The translations under genes and the position numbers were made by a program. Shown here in pieces: positions 20,488-30,008 of a stretch of 64,000 nt of DNA. Every line of letters starts with the position of its first letter. Within the stretch, counting starts at the first letter, position 1. The stretch spans positions 4,160,001 to 4,224,000 of the forward strand of contig CAVWLP010000002.1 of assembly GCA_963755915.1 (NCBI GenBank). The letters are read 5' to 3'. The notes under the pieces were generated by a model. That model did no database searches. It worked only from the letters and a program-made list of their open reading frames with translations, and was not told the DNA's origin. Origin of the DNA: an uncultured Phycisphaerales bacterium. Its GTDB lineage: Bacteria > Planctomycetota > Phycisphaerae > Tepidisphaerales > Tepidisphaeraceae.

Positions 20488-21852
20488 TCACACAGGGCAC
20501 ATCCCCACACGCCTGTACAACCGAATAGCCCCCGAAGGGTTGTTCTCCCGCACTTTAAGAGTGACCGCCGCCGCGCCCCGTTGTCGGAACGTCGCGAAAG
20601 CATGCAGCAGAAGTGCTTCGCCCAACCCGCGTCGCCGCCAATCTGGATGAACCACGAGATCCTTCACAAAAGCATTCGTCCAGCATTGCGCCACACCCAC
20701 CACAGGACCTTCGGCACACCGCGCAACGAAACAGACCGCAGGATCGAATTCCACATCCGACACGAGAGCGTCGCGCCAATGCGAAAAATCACCAACCTCC
20801 CCGCCCCCCTTGGCGTACCCGATGGTTAATAATTCATGGATTTCCGCTAAGAGGCTATTTCAAAACCCGTGTTAGTTTATGAATTCGTCGGAAACAAATC
20901 ATGCATGCGGCCAACTCGTTGTAGGCCTGCCAATGGGTCGCGGTCTTTTCGTAGCAGCTTCGCAATCGACGCCAGTTGCCGAACCATGCCATCGTGCGTT
21001 CCACGACGTAACGCACTTTTCCCAAACCGCTGCCATGCTCGCTGCCGCGCGGAGCCAGCAGGCTTTTGATCTTCAAGGCGACGACGGCGGCGATGATCCA
21101 GGGGAAGCCATATCCGCGATCGCCAACCAAAGCATCGGGTTTGCTGCGGGGACGACCTCGTGGCCCTTGAATCGGCGGAAGATTCTGGACCATTTCGAGC
21201 ACCGGCTGCTCATCGCGGATGTTGGCGGGTGTGGTGTGAACCAACAGCGGCAAGCCTTGTGCCTCCGTGATGACGTGACGTTTGCACCCGTTTTTCCTGC
21301 GATCTACGGGACTCGGCCCCGTGTGCGCCCCCAAAAATGGCGCGAACCGATTCGGAATCGACCACGGCTCGCCGCAGGTCGATCTCGCCGAGACGACCGA
21401 GCCCATTGAGCAGCAGCTGGTGCAATCGCAGCCAAACGCCGGCACGAGTCCAATCGCGGAATCGTCGCCAGACGGTCACGCCGCTGACTCCGAAAACCTC
21501 GGCTGGTAACAGGTTGTACGGCATGCCGCTCCAGAGAATGAAGATCAACGCGCGCAGACACAACCGATCGTCGGCCGGCGGACGTCCTCCTTTTTTCGAG
21601 ACGTGGTGCGGCGGCAACAATGGCTGTACTTCGTTCCAAAGTTCGTCGGGAAGCAGTTCCACTGCCATGACATCGCCTCCTTGCGATAGAATGGTCGGAG
21701 TTCATTTTACGGAAAAACACCGGTTTTGAAACAGCTTCTAAATCCCCCTCCCTGAAATCCACCAGGCCCACACCAGCCGGCCAAATCGGCGCAGCAACAG
21801 GATCGCGAAGATTGCGTCGCATAAGCAGCACCGTCGGAGGAATGGCATCCAT
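20488..21852 (-). pseudogene. GNAT N-acetyltransferase interrupted by an IS5-family element
   Basis: 5' part MDAIPPTVLLMRRNLRDP...FREGDL reads on in frame as AEIHELL once the IS and one TAA copy are removed; 3' part has VHPDWRRRGLGEALL and NPSGAIRLYRRVG. Confidence 0.8.
20851..21738 (-). mobile_element. IS5 family (IS427-like, two-ORF) insertion sequence, 888 bp
   Basis: TIRs GAGGCTATTTCAAAACC / GAAGCTGTTTCAAAACC (15/17), 3-bp TSD TAA (20848-50, 21739-41), ORFs 21210-21668 (DUF4096-like) and the ORF ending at 20855 (GDRGY, RYVVERTMAW). Confidence 0.92.
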
Positions 21853-22062
21853 GTAGGAAATCGTCCCGCGGCAACTCCTTGTCCCACACCTCAAGGCCGC
21901 ACCGAACGTCACCCGGCCAGCCATGTGCCCTCGCCGCGGAACCGAATCACCTTATACGAGATACCGACTTTTCTCGTCACCAACACCGTAACCGAAAAGA
22001 CTCTTTCCTCTCTTTTCGCTGCTTTTTTGAAATTCAACGCGATTGGAAATCAACCCCCTACT

Positions 22063-22090
22063 ACGTCCTATAATGTATGTTATGTTAAGT
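22063..22090 (+). other. XerCD dif-like recombination site
   Basis: ACGTCCTATAA-TGTATG-TTATGTTAAGT has the 11-6-11 layout; the right arm differs by one base from the E. coli XerD arm TTATGTTAAAT; AT-rich and intergenic. Confidence 0.85.
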
Positions 22091-22105
22091 TTCGTGGCAC
22101 TGGTA

Positions 22106-22930
22106 TCATTTGAGTAATCCAATCAAATCCTCCAGTTCCCACAGCCTATTTATCAATCCCGCTTCCATCGCTGGCGTCTGTTTAATGGTCGAGTGAATCC
22201 GGCACCAGTTGTAATAGGTCCAGAAAATCGCCGTCATCGCAACGTGATTCTCGAATTTCTTGCTGTGGGCGTTCGTCAGCCGCGTGTACCGCCGCACGCT
22301 CATCCGGGCGGTGAGATTCGACCGCTCAACAAAGCTGGTGGAGATATGCTTCGGATCGGGATTGCCGATGCGCGGCGTAACTTTGATGCCGATGCACTCC
22401 GGCGGGGAGTATTTGCCTTCCGCGTCTTTATCCGGGCCGTACAACTTCACCAGTTGGGCGAAATCAACCTCGCAATTGAATTGGTTAATCATCGCGCTCC
22501 AATAGGCGTGGAAGCCGTCTGTGGTGACCTGTACGCGATTCTTTAACCGCCATGCGACATCGGCGGTGATTACGTTCGCTACGCTGCCATCGCGGCCCCC
22601 TACCAGCCAAGCAACCATCAGCTTTGAATCGCTGTCGATGCAGGTCCAGGTCCAAGCATCGCCAATTCCGGCGGTGCCGCGAAGCTCCGGACGCACGTTC
22701 TTTTCTTTGCAATGAACGAAGTCCCAAAGCTCGTCAAACTGGAGACGCTTTGAATTGAGGTTGCAAACCTTGTCGTCATGGAACTGCTGGCAGGCTTCCC
22801 CAAGGTCGCGGATAAGGCGAAGGATGGTCGTTTTGGCGATACCCGTCATTCGGACGGTGCTATTGATGCTGCATCCCTCAACCAAGGCCATAATCACCCG
22901 GGACTGCTCTTGAATGCTTAACTTATTCAT
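22106..22930 (-). CDS. IS1-family DDE transposase
   Basis: N-terminal HTH (EGCSINSTVRMTGIAKTTILR), QFDELWDFV, WTWTCID, TTDGFHAY, STSFVERSNLTAR, RLTNAHSKK; stop lies inside the TIR. Confidence 0.9.
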   Translation of the reverse strand: MNKLSIQEQSRVIMALVEGCSINSTVRMTGIAKTTILRLIRDLGEACQQFHDDKVCNLNSKRLQFDELWDFVHCKEKNVRPELRGTAGIGDAWTWTCIDSDSKLMVAWLVGGRDGSVANVITADVAWRLKNRVQVTTDGFHAYWSAMINQFNCEVDFAQLVKLYGPDKDAEGKYSPPECIGIKVTPRIGNPDPKHISTSFVERSNLTARMSVRRYTRLTNAHSKKFENHVAMTAIFWTYYNWCRIHSTIKQTPAMEAGLINRLWELEDLIGLLK

Positions 22931-23013
22931 GGAAATCGGTGTAGGTACAAATTGTGGGCTTGTCAAGAATAAAACCTCTTGACTTGACCACAATTTGTCC
23001 GTACCATGCCGCC

Positions 23014-23241
23014 ATGAAACCGAAAAAGATGGGACGCCCAAGGAAGAAATCGGATGCCGTGAAAAGCTCTTGGTTAGAGGTTCGGTGCGAGGAATCAGAA
23101 CGCGAGGCGTTCCGGGCAGCGGCGGAAGCCCAAGGGCTGGGGATGAGTGCGTGGATTCGCCAATGCCTGCGCCGTGCGGCCCGTAAAGAACTTGAGGATT
23201 TAAATCTGCCGGTTGCATTTTTGGATCGTCTATCGGCTTAA
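23014..23241 (+). CDS. Small ribbon-helix-helix-like DNA-binding protein divergent from the transposase
   Basis: MKPKKMGRPRKK (AT-hook-like) then WLEVRC...FRAAAEAQGLGMSAWIRQCL, an RHH pattern; its 3' end is conserved in element 2. Confidence 0.65.
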   Translation: MKPKKMGRPRKKSDAVKSSWLEVRCEESEREAFRAAAEAQGLGMSAWIRQCLRRAARKELEDLNLPVAFLDRLSA

Positions 23242-23355
23242 CCGAATGTTCCAAGCCATGAAAAGAATCCCAAGCAAAAATCCAACGACAAAAGCAATCG
23301 CAATTACTCCAGCGATCAATTGAGATTGGGGCCAACCTTGCCTTTTGATATTCAT
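23230..23355 (-). CDS. Putative 41-aa single-TM small protein
   Basis: MNIKRQGWPQSQLIAGVIAIAFVVGFLLGILFMAWNIRLSR with GAGG RBS; below the ORF-track size cutoff. Confidence 0.4.
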   Translation of the reverse strand: MNIKRQGWPQSQLIAGVIAIAFVVGFLLGILFMAWNIRLSR

Positions 23356-24633
23356 CGCTTTTCCTCAGAAACCCTTTGGGGCGTGATCGTTTTCGGGCTT
23401 ATTCTCCTCTTTGCTGGTCTCGCATTGGTGGGAATGAGGCCGTGGTGGGCTGGCTATATTACTGTGATACTGATCGTAGACCTCGGCATCTTCGTTTTGT
23501 TTGCATATTTGGACCCCAAGGCCCATGCGCCCAGCGTCACGCCTATATCGTTTTCTGCCACGGCCAAATCGGTGACTCTCCCGCCCCCGGAAGCGGGCTG
23601 GAGATTCATTCGGTACTCTTACGTCGATTTGGACTCTGTAGGAGCCAAAAGGCGACACTTTGTCTCCGCTGCACTTTACCTGAATGTTGTGAATATTGGA
23701 ACGTCGCCCCTTACGATCCAAAATTATTGGATTGAACTCCGACCGAAAAATGGTAGTCACCAACTGCTTGATTCCGTTCCGATTGAATCTAAAAATGTTG
23801 ATCTTTATAGAGACGTGACCCCGGAGGAGATTGCGTCGATCAAGGCGAACAATCCGGACTTCGCATACATTCCGAACGCCCAACGTAAGGTGACGTTGAC
23901 CGATAAGCCGTTTAATACCGCGATAAATAATCAACCGATTGGTCCGGGCGATACGGCCAGTGGTTGGGTCTTCCTTGTTCTTAACGGGCCCACACAACCC
24001 CTCTGGGACTTTTGGTTGTGTATCCAGCCGACTGACGGAGAAGAGGTCGATGAACCGATTGCGCTTCCCAATCCACAGGAGAATCGCCCATTGTCTCCGC
24101 AGCTTGAGGTCACCGCGACTTTTCCAATTGAAGACTTGCGACAGATTCCGGTCGTAAACCAACTCGACATTTACGATGTTCCGAGGACGCTCGGAAATCA
24201 TCGCGCCGAACTTATTTCCGCGATAAATTTGCCGGAATTTCGAGGCCAGAAGATCTCGATTGGTTCTGCTCCTAATTCGGAGTGCCAGAATTTTGCATCG
24301 GAGCTTCTCGCTGCACTTAAAGACGGAGGATGGGATGCCACCAATCAGAGCTTTGTGGTGCCACCAGGTCGCGTTGGCGTAAATCTCTGGATTAGCGCTG
24401 CGGTCATCAATATGCCGATAGCTCCAAGCGCCACTGCCTTCCAAACCTTTTTGTACAAATATGGATACACGCAGGATACGACCCAAATTAATGGGTATGC
24501 TGGCATTCCTGCCGCAGAACTCAGGCTTTATGTTTATCCCGTGCTGCCCCAACTTCAACCCGCGCACCCAAACGCCGCCCGTAACAACGCCGTAGTACCG
24601 AGGTCAGTGATTCGTCTTCGTCCCATCGCTTAG
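23320..24633 (+). CDS. Element 1 cargo: membrane-anchored hypothetical protein
   Basis: Two N-terminal TM segments, beta-rich middle, C-terminal ECQNFASELLAALKDGGW domain; lower GC than the flanks. Start uncertain. Confidence 0.65.
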   Translation: MRLGPTLPFDIHRFSSETLWGVIVFGLILLFAGLALVGMRPWWAGYITVILIVDLGIFVLFAYLDPKAHAPSVTPISFSATAKSVTLPPPEAGWRFIRYSYVDLDSVGAKRRHFVSAALYLNVVNIGTSPLTIQNYWIELRPKNGSHQLLDSVPIESKNVDLYRDVTPEEIASIKANNPDFAYIPNAQRKVTLTDKPFNTAINNQPIGPGDTASGWVFLVLNGPTQPLWDFWLCIQPTDGEEVDEPIALPNPQENRPLSPQLEVTATFPIEDLRQIPVVNQLDIYDVPRTLGNHRAELISAINLPEFRGQKISIGSAPNSECQNFASELLAALKDGGWDATNQSFVVPPGRVGVNLWISAAVINMPIAPSATAFQTFLYKYGYTQDTTQINGYAGIPAAELRLYVYPVLPQLQPAHPNAARNNAVVPRSVIRLRPIA

Positions 24634-24771
24634 CTTGCCACCGATGATCCTCTCCACCATCGCCAGTGATTGCTGGGCGAAGTCCGGCGTCTCGCGACGG
24701 CGCTTGGGTTTGGGTTTGGGTTTGGACTTCTTCTTTGACTTGGCTTTCGATTTCCGTACTTTCGCTGGCAT
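24604..24771 (-). CDS. Small basic 55-aa protein of the element
   Basis: MPAKVRKSKAKSKKKSKPKPKPKRRRETPDFAQQSLAMVERIIGGKLSDGTKTNH; the C-terminal half recurs in element 2. Confidence 0.6.
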   Translation of the reverse strand: MPAKVRKSKAKSKKKSKPKPKPKRRRETPDFAQQSLAMVERIIGGKLSDGTKTNH

Positions 24772-24856
24772 ACGGAGAATCTTTGCAGGTAATCCCCCTC
24801 ATGTCAATGTCCCTCCAAAATGTGGACACCGCAAACGATACCAGTACCAGTTTCGT

Positions 24857-26030
24857 GGTACTGGTATCATTTGAGTAAATCGAAATGCGCAAAGAGCTTG
24901 AGGATTTGAATCTGCCGGTGGCGTTTCTGGAAAGGTTATCGGCGTAACCGCGCAAAGCCATTCCAAGGCGAAACTAATGCGGGCAAGCCCGAAATCCCAT
25001 AGGCTCAGAACGAAGGATCGTTCCAGTAACGAAGTAAAACGCATCCTTCGCGATCCTCGCGTGACGCTGGCAGTGGAAGCAGTGCGGGGCCTAAATGTTT
25101 TTCGGTGGCTGGTGGGAATCTGTGAGGCCATCGGCTTAACGCTTCCCCAAATATTTCCCGACCCTAAATGCGAAGATCATCGAAAAGAGCCACGTGTTGA
25201 TAACGACCATTTCGCGATGCCCGATACCTCGGAAGATCGGAAAATCGAGCGTGGAGATAGGCAAATCTACTGGCTCAAGCGAGGCAGCCATGCGACATTC
25301 GCTGTGGCGATAGTGTGCAATATCTATGGTCCGCTTAATCCCGACATAAACACAAGCGCATCGGTCATTGAGGGCATCTTCCTCGGTGTGTGCCTTATCT
25401 TCGAAATACTGGCAGCGTGGCGTGAGAAACAAATTAGTCGGCTTCGCGAACAGCGCCAAAACAAAAAAGATCAAGCACACGCAGCCGAGACGAAGTCGCT
25501 GCGTAGCGAGATCGCCGCAACTTCTAAGACGCTTGAAGAATCGAAGGCCGGACGATACGTGGACCTGGAAATGCGAAAAAAAATCAAAGAAGTGCTTTCT
25601 AAGTACATCGCGCAAAAGCAGGACTATATTGTTCGCGTTTACGTAAAAGACGCGGAGGCTCTGGGTTTTGCCGCCGACATAGATGAGACTCTTAGAGACT
25701 GCGGCTGGGAAGGCGAATCCGATCCGACGTTCAACAATCCGGATTTCGACAGAGGGGTTTCTATGTCCTAACAATTGGCCGACATGATAACTGCCGGGCC
25801 GGGCGGCAGGCCGATATATAGCCCTCCCGGTTACGCTCTGAAAGAGGCATTTGAAAAAGTTGGAATAAAGGTGTCCGCAATGCCAGTCTGGCGCGACGAA
25901 AGCGTCCCCTCGCACCACGTTGCGATCAACGTGGCGCAAAGCCCTACTAACGGCGTCTGGTCCCGTTGCTGAGTTTCCCCCCGATAACCCTCTCCACCAT
26001 CGCCAGCGATTGCTGGGCGAAGTCCGGCGC
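24857..26030 (-). mobile_element. Internally deleted, non-autonomous relative of element 1 (element 2); far end not clearly found
   Basis: Starts with TIR GGTACTGGTATCATTTG right after the shared 8-bp target; keeps the transposase's last codons, the RHH 3' end (24885-24947) and the basic-protein 3' half (about 25947-26028). Confidence 0.75.
25217..25972 (+). CDS. Element 2 cargo: membrane-anchored hypothetical protein with one in-frame TAA at 25769-25771
   Basis: ORFs 24977-25771 and 25775-25972 are in the same frame; TM segments, coiled coil, EALGFAADIDETLRDCGW domain. Confidence 0.55.
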
Positions 26031-26459
26031 GGGACACCCTTCGTCATTCGGGCATTCGGATTTGACCTGTCCTCGGCGCTGGGATTCGTCATTAAAGATT
26101 GAAACCACGGCCTCTGGCCGTGGACGCGAATAGGCTCTGCCGTTCCGGCGTGAACAACGTCTGCAAGTGAAAATGGTCCTCCGACCTTGAAGCCGGTTGG
26201 CCTTGGAAGGAGAGCCATATGCACGAATTCGAAGAGGTTTTCGATGCGCACACCCAAGCGGCCGAACACTGACCGTCTCTGGCACGGGAGTCGATGATGC
26301 CGTCGTTTGACCATCATGGCAAGGTGCGCTCAACGCCCCCCTTGGGGGGCATCCTGATACCACCCCCTATGGGGGTGGAGACTCATTCTGGTTTCGGAAT
26401 TCGGGTTTCCAGAGACCCTGGTTTCGGAATTCGGATTCCCCCCTGTTATATTTCCCCCC

Positions 26460-27542
26460 GTGACCATCACCGCCTATATCCCCTGCCACAACAACGAAAA
26501 AACCGTCAACGAAACCGCCGCCGCATTACGCAACCAAACCCGCCCGGCCGATCAATATCTCTTCATCAACGACCGCTGCACCGATCACAGTCCCCAGATC
26601 GCCCAGGAAAACGGATTTCAAGTCCTCGACCTAACCGGCTCGATGGGCCTCGGCGCCGGCCGTAACCTGGCCCTGCGAACCTGCACCAGCGAAATCCTCC
26701 TCGGCCTAGACGCCGACGTTGTCCCCGCCCAGGACTATATCGAAAAAATGCACGATGCCTTCGCCCGCAACCCCGACAAGGCCGCCATTGGCGGCCGCCT
26801 CGACGAAAAATATACCGACTCCCTCCCCGACCTCTGGCGAAGCATCCACATGCCCCAGCATCACGGCGACGCCGAGCAAATCGACCCGCGCCTGCTCTAC
26901 GGCGCCACCATGGCCTGCCGGGTCGATCCCGTCCGCCGCATCGGCGGCTGGGACATACGCTGCATCGCCAGCTTCGACGACCTCAACCTCTGCAACCGCC
27001 TCCGCCAGGCCGGCTTTCATCTCTTGTACACGCCCACCTGCCGCGCCTGGCACATTCGCCGCGACACGCTCGATTCCGTCCTACGCAGTTTCCACAACTG
27101 GCAGAGTTTCGAATACGAGCCCCCACCCCCGGACCTCATCCCTTGGCTGCACGACCGCATTTCGAAAATCTGGCGGGCCTATCGCTTTATGCGCGTCCGC
27201 GAGATCGATCACCCCGCCCTATCGGCAATCACCCTGCTGATGCCCTGGTCCTGCATGATTCGCGACATATTCGCCCTGCGGAAATCGGCACGATTCTTTG
27301 CCGACCCCACACCCCTGATTCACCTGGCCGGCGAAGTTTTCACGCGCTATGGAGCCCCGCAAAAGCTCGTCGCCGCCATTCAGACCTGGTTGTCCAGGCT
27401 TATTGCCACCCTGGAGCAAAACCCCGGCTGGCCGGCCCTGAATTCCGCAATCACCGACATCGCCCGCCATTACGCCTTCGAATCGATCCCCGACGCAGCC
27501 TATTGGCGCAACTGCGAAAGCGGCTCCCACCTGTTTGATTGA
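26460..27542 (+). CDS. Glycosyltransferase family 2
   Basis: YIPCHNNE, INDRCTD, GRNLAL, LDAD (DxD) motifs. Confidence 0.85.
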   Translation: MTITAYIPCHNNEKTVNETAAALRNQTRPADQYLFINDRCTDHSPQIAQENGFQVLDLTGSMGLGAGRNLALRTCTSEILLGLDADVVPAQDYIEKMHDAFARNPDKAAIGGRLDEKYTDSLPDLWRSIHMPQHHGDAEQIDPRLLYGATMACRVDPVRRIGGWDIRCIASFDDLNLCNRLRQAGFHLLYTPTCRAWHIRRDTLDSVLRSFHNWQSFEYEPPPPDLIPWLHDRISKIWRAYRFMRVREIDHPALSAITLLMPWSCMIRDIFALRKSARFFADPTPLIHLAGEVFTRYGAPQKLVAAIQTWLSRLIATLEQNPGWPALNSAITDIARHYAFESIPDAAYWRNCESGSHLFD

Positions 27543-27953
27543 TCCAGCATCGCCCCTGTCAGATTCTTTGCATTCTGCTCAATCGCGAAAATAAAATCCC
27601 CGGATTTTTGCAAAAATAGGTACAAAACGTGCACTTCCGGACCTGTATATAGAGGCGTAATGTTTCTTCTGCCGGAGGGTCTATGCCCGCTCGCGTTAAA
27701 TCTGAAATCTCAAATTTCAAATCCCCACCCCCCTGCCCAAAAATTGGGGAATCGTGCGGAATCGACTGAAATCGTTTCCCATGTCCCATTCTCGCGAAAA
27801 GTGAGATAATGTGAGATAAAGTGGGAGCTCAAAAATGGGTGCTGGGTTTCCTCCCCGAACGCCCACGGCGCCGCCGTGGGGAATTCGTATTTCGAGACGC
27901 AACCTAACCGCAAACTCTTCAGCGCCCTGCCCCGATCCCCAAATTCTCCCCGT

Positions 27954-28000
27954 GTAGCTGCCATGCTTGACTTCGGTGAGCTATGTCGAACCGCACGGCG
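27954..28000 (+). repeat. GTAG-type REP-like palindrome with an inserted GACTTCGG-GAGCT-GTCGAACC cassette
   Basis: Related copies at 47625-47647, 49580-49626, 56888-56910, 59424-59468; cassette also at 52604-52657. Confidence 0.55.
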
Positions 28001-28111
28001 CTTTGCGACCGCCCTGAAGAACGATCGCCCCTTCTGACATTTCACCTTTTAGCCCCCCACCGTTTGCGATTATACTTAAATCGACATTCCAAAAACCCCC
28101 AGGAGCCCCAA

Positions 28112-28522
28112 ATGGAAATCCAACCCTACCTCTTCCTCGACGGCCGCTGTGAAGAGGCCATCGAATTTTATCGCTCCGCCATCGGCGCCAAAAACATCCG
28201 CCTCGTCCGCTTCAAGGACAACCCCGAACCCAACCCGGGCATGACCCCTCCAGGCTCCGAAAACAAAATCATGCACGCCGCCATCGAAATCGGAAAATCC
28301 ACCCTCCTCCTTTCCGATGGCCGCTGCACCGGAAAACCAAAACTCGACGGCTTCGCCCTTTCACTCTCCGCCGACACCGAAGCAGATGCCGACCGCCTCT
28401 TCAACGCCCTCGCTCAGGGCGGAAAAATCCAGATGCCCCTCGGCAAAACATTCTTTTCCCCCCGCTTCGGCATGGTCGCCGACCAGTTCGGCGTAATGTG
28501 GATGGTCATCGTCCAGCGTTGA
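28112..28522 (+). CDS. VOC/PhnB family protein
   Basis: MEIQPYLFLDGRCEEAIEFY, KIMHA, FGMVADQFGVMWMV. Confidence 0.9.
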   Translation: MEIQPYLFLDGRCEEAIEFYRSAIGAKNIRLVRFKDNPEPNPGMTPPGSENKIMHAAIEIGKSTLLLSDGRCTGKPKLDGFALSLSADTEADADRLFNALAQGGKIQMPLGKTFFSPRFGMVADQFGVMWMVIVQR

Positions 28523-28543
28523 ACAATTTCCCGGGAGCCTTTC

Positions 28544-29659
28544 ATGAGCCGCGTCCGCGTTCTGGTCGGAACTCGCAAGGGGGCCTTCATCCTCACCGCC
28601 GACGGCAAGCGCGATCGCTGGGACGTCGCCGGCCCCTTCTTCGGCGGCTGGCAGATCTATCACCTCAAGGGCTCCCCCGCCGACCCAAATCGAATTTACG
28701 CCTCCCAGTCAAACGACTGGTTCGGCCAGCAGATGCAGCGCTCCGACGACGGCGGCAAAACCTGGCAACCCGTGGGAAACAAATTCGCCTACGACGGCTC
28801 CGCCGGCACCCACCAGTGGTACGACGGCACCCCCCGCCCCTGGGAATTCAAACGCGTCTGGCACCTCGAGCCTTCCCTCAGCCACCCGGACATCGTTTAC
28901 GCCGGTGTAGAAGACGCCGCCATCTTCCGCTCCACCGACGCCGGAAAATCCTGGCACGAACTCCCCGGCCTTCGTCAGCACGGCACCGGCCCCAAATGGC
29001 AGCCCGGCGCGGGTGGAATGTGTCTGCACACCATTCTCATCGACCCGATCAATCCCAACCGCCTCTTCATCGCCATCTCAGCCGCAGGCGCTTTCCGATC
29101 CGAAGATGCCGGCCAAACCTGGCAGCCCATCAATCAGGGCCTCCACTCCGAATACATTCCTAATCCCACCGCCGAAGTCGGCCACTGCGTCCACCGCATC
29201 GCGTTTCACCCCTCCCGGCCCGACGTCCTCTTCATGCAGAAGCACTGGGACGTCATGCGCAGCAACAATGCCGGCGATCTCTGGACCGAGATCAGCGGAA
29301 ACCTCCCCACCGATTTTGGCTTCGTCATCGACGTCCACGCCCACGAGCCCGAAACGGTTTACGTCGTCCCGATCAAGAGCGACGCCGAGCATTATCCGCC
29401 GGACGGACAACTGCGCGTCTACCGCAGCCGCAAGGGCGGCAACGAGTGGGAAGCCCTGACCAACGGCCTCCCCCAGCGCGACTGCTACGTCAACGTCCTC
29501 CGCGACGCCATGGCCGTCGACACTCTCGATCCCTGCGGCGTCTATTTCGGCACCACCGGCGGCCAAGTCTACGTCTCCCCCACCGCCGGCGACGATTGGA
29601 TCCCCATCGTCCGCGATCTTCCCTCCGTCGTTTCCGTGGAAGTGCAGACACTCTCATGA
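28544..29659 (+). CDS. BNR/Asp-box repeat beta-propeller protein
   Basis: VLVGTRKG start and repeated RSxDxGxTW Asp-boxes. Confidence 0.85.
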   Translation: MSRVRVLVGTRKGAFILTADGKRDRWDVAGPFFGGWQIYHLKGSPADPNRIYASQSNDWFGQQMQRSDDGGKTWQPVGNKFAYDGSAGTHQWYDGTPRPWEFKRVWHLEPSLSHPDIVYAGVEDAAIFRSTDAGKSWHELPGLRQHGTGPKWQPGAGGMCLHTILIDPINPNRLFIAISAAGAFRSEDAGQTWQPINQGLHSEYIPNPTAEVGHCVHRIAFHPSRPDVLFMQKHWDVMRSNNAGDLWTEISGNLPTDFGFVIDVHAHEPETVYVVPIKSDAEHYPPDGQLRVYRSRKGGNEWEALTNGLPQRDCYVNVLRDAMAVDTLDPCGVYFGTTGGQVYVSPTAGDDWIPIVRDLPSVVSVEVQTLS

Positions 29660-29957
29660 TCCGCGTCATCCTCCCCGCCCACCTCCGCGCCCTGGCGCAG
29701 ACCGACCGGGAAGTAACCATCGAAGTACCCGCGCCATTGACGCAGCGCACACTGTTGAATGCACTGGAATCAAAATACCCCATGCTCCGCGGCGCATCCG
29801 CGACCACGCCACCCAGAAGCGCCGCCCCATGCTCCGCTTCTTCGCCTGCGAAAACGACCTCTCCCACGACCCCCCCGACGCCCCCCTGCCCGACCAGGTC
29901 GCCGCCGGCAAAGAACCCTTCTATATCATCGGCGCCATCGCCGGCGGCCTCCCCTGA
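29656..29957 (+). CDS. MoaD/ThiS ubiquitin-like protein (one frameshift)
   Basis: [14 protein letters not shown]...[10 protein letters not shown], then [13 protein letters not shown]...[10 protein letters not shown] in the shifted frame. Confidence 0.8.
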
Positions 29958-30008
29958 GGCAATTACCTTTCACACTTTCACACCTTCTCACTTTCACACC
30001 ATCCCACG

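Larger units (their letters stand above)
22096..24848 (-). mobile_element. IS1-family cargo-carrying element (element 1), 2753 bp
   Basis: TIRs GGCACTGGTATCATTTG (22096-22112) and reverse complement GGTACTGGTATCGTTTG (24832-24848), 15/17; flanked by 8-bp AGTTTCGT (22088-95, 24849-56). Confidence 0.88.

Noticed and set aside
22931-23335. N-terminal extension of the IS1 transposase shown in the ORF track (409 aa)
   Set aside because: The family-like sequence starts at MNKLS (22930); the extension overlaps the divergent RHH gene.
23365-24567. 400-aa minus-strand ORF inside element 1
   Set aside because: Antisense shadow of the plus-strand cargo gene with no recognisable protein features.
26340-26440. 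Far TIR and third target copy for element 2
   Set aside because: TGATACCACCCCC (26355-26367) only partly matches the TIR and is not followed by AGTTTCGT; GGTTTCGG at about 26390 and 26420 fits the local short repeats better.
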